Program-made: the position numbers and the translations under genes
Notes under the pieces: generated by a model
The model's input: the letters and a program-made list of their open reading frames with translations, nothing else
The model's database searches: none
What the model was told of the DNA's origin: nothing
Shown here: piece by piece, positions 23,454 to 25,196 of the stretch
Position numbering within the stretch: position 1 is the first letter of the stretch
Layout of the letters: every line of letters begins with the position of its first letter
Virus record (IMG/VR): IMGVR_UViG_3300031134_000596
Reading direction: 5' to 3' (one strand)
DNA length: 25,196 nt
From: an uncultured virus (IMG/VR IMGVR_UViG_3300031134_000596)
Taxonomy: Duplodnaviria; Heunggongvirae; Uroviricota; Caudoviricetes

Positions 23454-25196
23454 TTATCTTACCCATTTAGGGTGCAAGTTCGTTGGGAAGGTTGAGTAAT
23501 CAGCAAAGAAGCGGTGGTCTGTTACTCCACTGACATTCCAGCTTGTCAAATCTTGCTGGAATCCAGTATTTTTGTTGAAAGCACTAATCATAGTTTTGAC
23601 GTTCTTAGTGTCCCAGTTGTTCAACGGTTGATTGAAAGTGGAGTTCTCAGCAAAGAGGTAGTCAATTCCTGTTACGTTACCCACATTCCAACTGTTGATA
23701 GGCTGATTGAATGCTTTAGCCTGGTAGAACATTCCACCAATTACTTGAGCGTTGGACATGTTCCATTTGTCCAACGGCTGGTTGAACGCTGTTGACTGGT
23801 AGAACAAAGAACCAAAGTGGGTAAGGTGACTTACATCCCAGTTGTTGATTGGCTGGTTGAAAGGAGAACCGGCAAAGAGACCACTGATTTTTTTGGTGCC
23901 AGTGAAGTCCCAATTTGCCATCGGTTGGTTGAAACCTGAATTCTGGAACATGAAATCCATGATGGTGACGTTTTTAGTATTCCAGTGCTGGATTGGTTGG
24001 TTGAAGGAAGTAGCTCCTTTGAACGTACCTAATAACGTTGTGACATTGGTAACATCCCAGTTGGATACATCTGGGTCGTTGAAAGCTGGAGCATTTTCAA
24101 ATATTGAATTCAGGTAAAGAACAGTCGAAGGAATACTTCGGGGTACACCAACAAAGTTAGGCATGTCGCGGAAAGCAGCTCCGGCTGAGAACGTTCTGGA
24201 GTTGGTTCCCCATGAATCCATTGAACGAAGGCAGTTTTTCTGAGTCTGAGTCATGTCCTCTGAAGTCATCATGAGGAAAGTACCTTTGAAGGTGGCTGTG
24301 TAGGTGACTCCAGGAACAAGGTTTCTATTGGTAGGAGCATAGCCGTTCATGTACAATTTCTGAGAGTAGCCGTCACTCCATGTGAGCATTCCATCACCTT
24401 GCTCAACTGGTACAGCTCCTACAGTGCCGACTGGGCAGTTGATAGTAAATGAGGTCTCACCATAGAAAACAGGTGTGGTTCCACCAGGCCCACTGCCTGG
24501 AACCCCAGGTACGCCACCGTCTCCATTACCGCCAGGGTTATCAACAGGAGGTGTTGTTCCACCACCGGGAGTTGTTGTGTCACCGCCGGTACCACCAGTG
24601 CCGCCTGAGCCATCCCCAGGTGTTGTTCCGCCACCAGTGTCACCACCGTTATCTCCGCCGGTGCTTCCACCACCAGTTCCTGGAAGTCCAGGAAGTGAGC
24701 CACTTCCATCATCTTCAACAACTTTACCATCAACGATAGGGCCTAAACAGCTGCCCAAGTCTGTACCTGTGATGACTTTCGGAGTTTTAGCAGAATTGTA
24801 TGACACGAAAATGCGTCCTGAGTCCGACTTAGAGTACCCTGCATAGTCTTGACCTTTGCTATCAGAGACAACTTCAGTACAATACTTGATTGGCTGGTTC
24901 GGGCTTTCGATGAGGAGGTTGTTCAATGCTAAATCTGCACTGTAGCCGAACGTGTTATTTTCGCCGTTGATAAGTTTATAGTCAGGAGTTGCACTCAAAC
25001 CATAGAAAGCGTTCTGGGCGGTGTGGATTGACTGGAGTTGATGCTTGGCCGCGTTATCTTGAGCCCAGGGAATGACAGCAAAAATTGTTGCTGAAATAAC
25101 ACCCCCGATGAGACCGATGACGATGACACCAACCATGATGGAAGCCAGATCGATGGCTGCTTTTGAAGAGAGCAGAGCGTTGCGTAGTTTTAGCAT
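23454..25196 (-). CDS. surface protein: pilin-like N-terminal helix, Gly/Pro/Thr linker, DUF285 (BspA-type) repeats
   Basis: N-terminus 'SKAAIDLASIMVGVIVIGLIGGVISATIFAVIPWAQDNAAKHQL'; ~8 repeats 'FNQP(I/L)..W(D/N)...V..M..MF'; ATG lies at the window edge so the true start is unverified. Confidence 0.8.
   Translation of the reverse strand: MLKLRNALLSSKAAIDLASIMVGVIVIGLIGGVISATIFAVIPWAQDNAAKHQLQSIHTAQNAFYGLSATPDYKLINGENNTFGYSADLALNNLLIESPNQPIKYCTEVVSDSKGQDYAGYSKSDSGRIFVSYNSAKTPKVITGTDLGSCLGPIVDGKVVEDDGSGSLPGLPGTGGGSTGGDNGGDTGGGTTPGDGSGGTGGTGGDTTTPGGGTTPPVDNPGGNGDGGVPGVPGSGPGGTTPVFYGETSFTINCPVGTVGAVPVEQGDGMLTWSDGYSQKLYMNGYAPTNRNLVPGVTYTATFKGTFLMMTSEDMTQTQKNCLRSMDSWGTNSRTFSAGAAFRDMPNFVGVPRSIPSTVLYLNSIFENAPAFNDPDVSNWDVTNVTTLLGTFKGATSFNQPIQHWNTKNVTIMDFMFQNSGFNQPMANWDFTGTKKISGLFAGSPFNQPINNWDVSHLTHFGSLFYQSTAFNQPLDKWNMSNAQVIGGMFYQAKAFNQPINSWNVGNVTGIDYLFAENSTFNQPLNNWDTKNVKTMISAFNKNTGFQQDLTSWNVSGVTDHRFFADYSTFPTNLHPKWVR
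24470..24712 (-). repeat. low-complexity Gly/Thr/Pro linker with repeated GGGTTP units
   Basis: GGGTTPGD, GDTTTPGGGTTPP, GPGGTTP; CCACC/CCGCC-rich DNA. Confidence 0.8.

Noticed and set aside
23480..24100. Periodic ~72-75-nt repeats (GGTTGAA/TTGATTGG) as a possible CRISPR array or DGR
   Set aside because: They are degenerate coding DUF285 repeats with synonymous variation; no identical direct repeats, cas or RT genes
24419..24846. Pro-rich and His/Gln-rich ORFs overlapping the surface-protein gene
   Set aside because: Shadow frames of the Gly/Thr/Pro linker; no RBS or promoter

Overview
Gene-dense window of moderate GC (roughly mid-40s % by eye) with about 40 mostly small genes. It has no housekeeping, rRNA/tRNA, virion or replication genes. 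Many units carry sigma70-type promoters (TTGnnn-N17-TAnnnT), several are leaderless (-10 box 6-7 nt before ATG), and many end in long hairpin terminators. This organisation best fits the accessory region of a large mobile element (jumbo phage or giant plasmid), probably of an actinobacterial host; this is inference. Two paralogue expansions dominate. Family A has seven tandem, mostly translationally coupled genes (2117-8444) sharing a C-terminal 'E.Y..E.....YLP...QL..I...L....QT.FL..K' helical domain resembling XpaC/KlaA-type domains, plus two distant membrane-anchored members (11135-12052, 19709-20629). Family B has four genes/five domains (17865-19637) with a 'WVVF...G.Y.SYDG..W...EV.P' motif. 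Recognisable singletons are a GNAT, a HAD, DUF4031, an SprT-like protease, an Xre/MbcA-like domain, an EEP nuclease/phosphatase, an R2K/DUF4343 ATP-grasp, a winged-helix regulator with its membrane partner, a GS..DxD nucleotidyltransferase-like protein, and a pilin-like/DUF285 (BspA) surface protein. Elements absent from the ORF track are a promoter-driven, highly structured ~125-nt candidate ncRNA (558-688), a standalone 46-aa signal-peptide-like micro-gene (10569-10709), a second possible structured RNA (13781-13930), and a recurring GC(C/T)GATA upstream motif suggesting a second promoter class.
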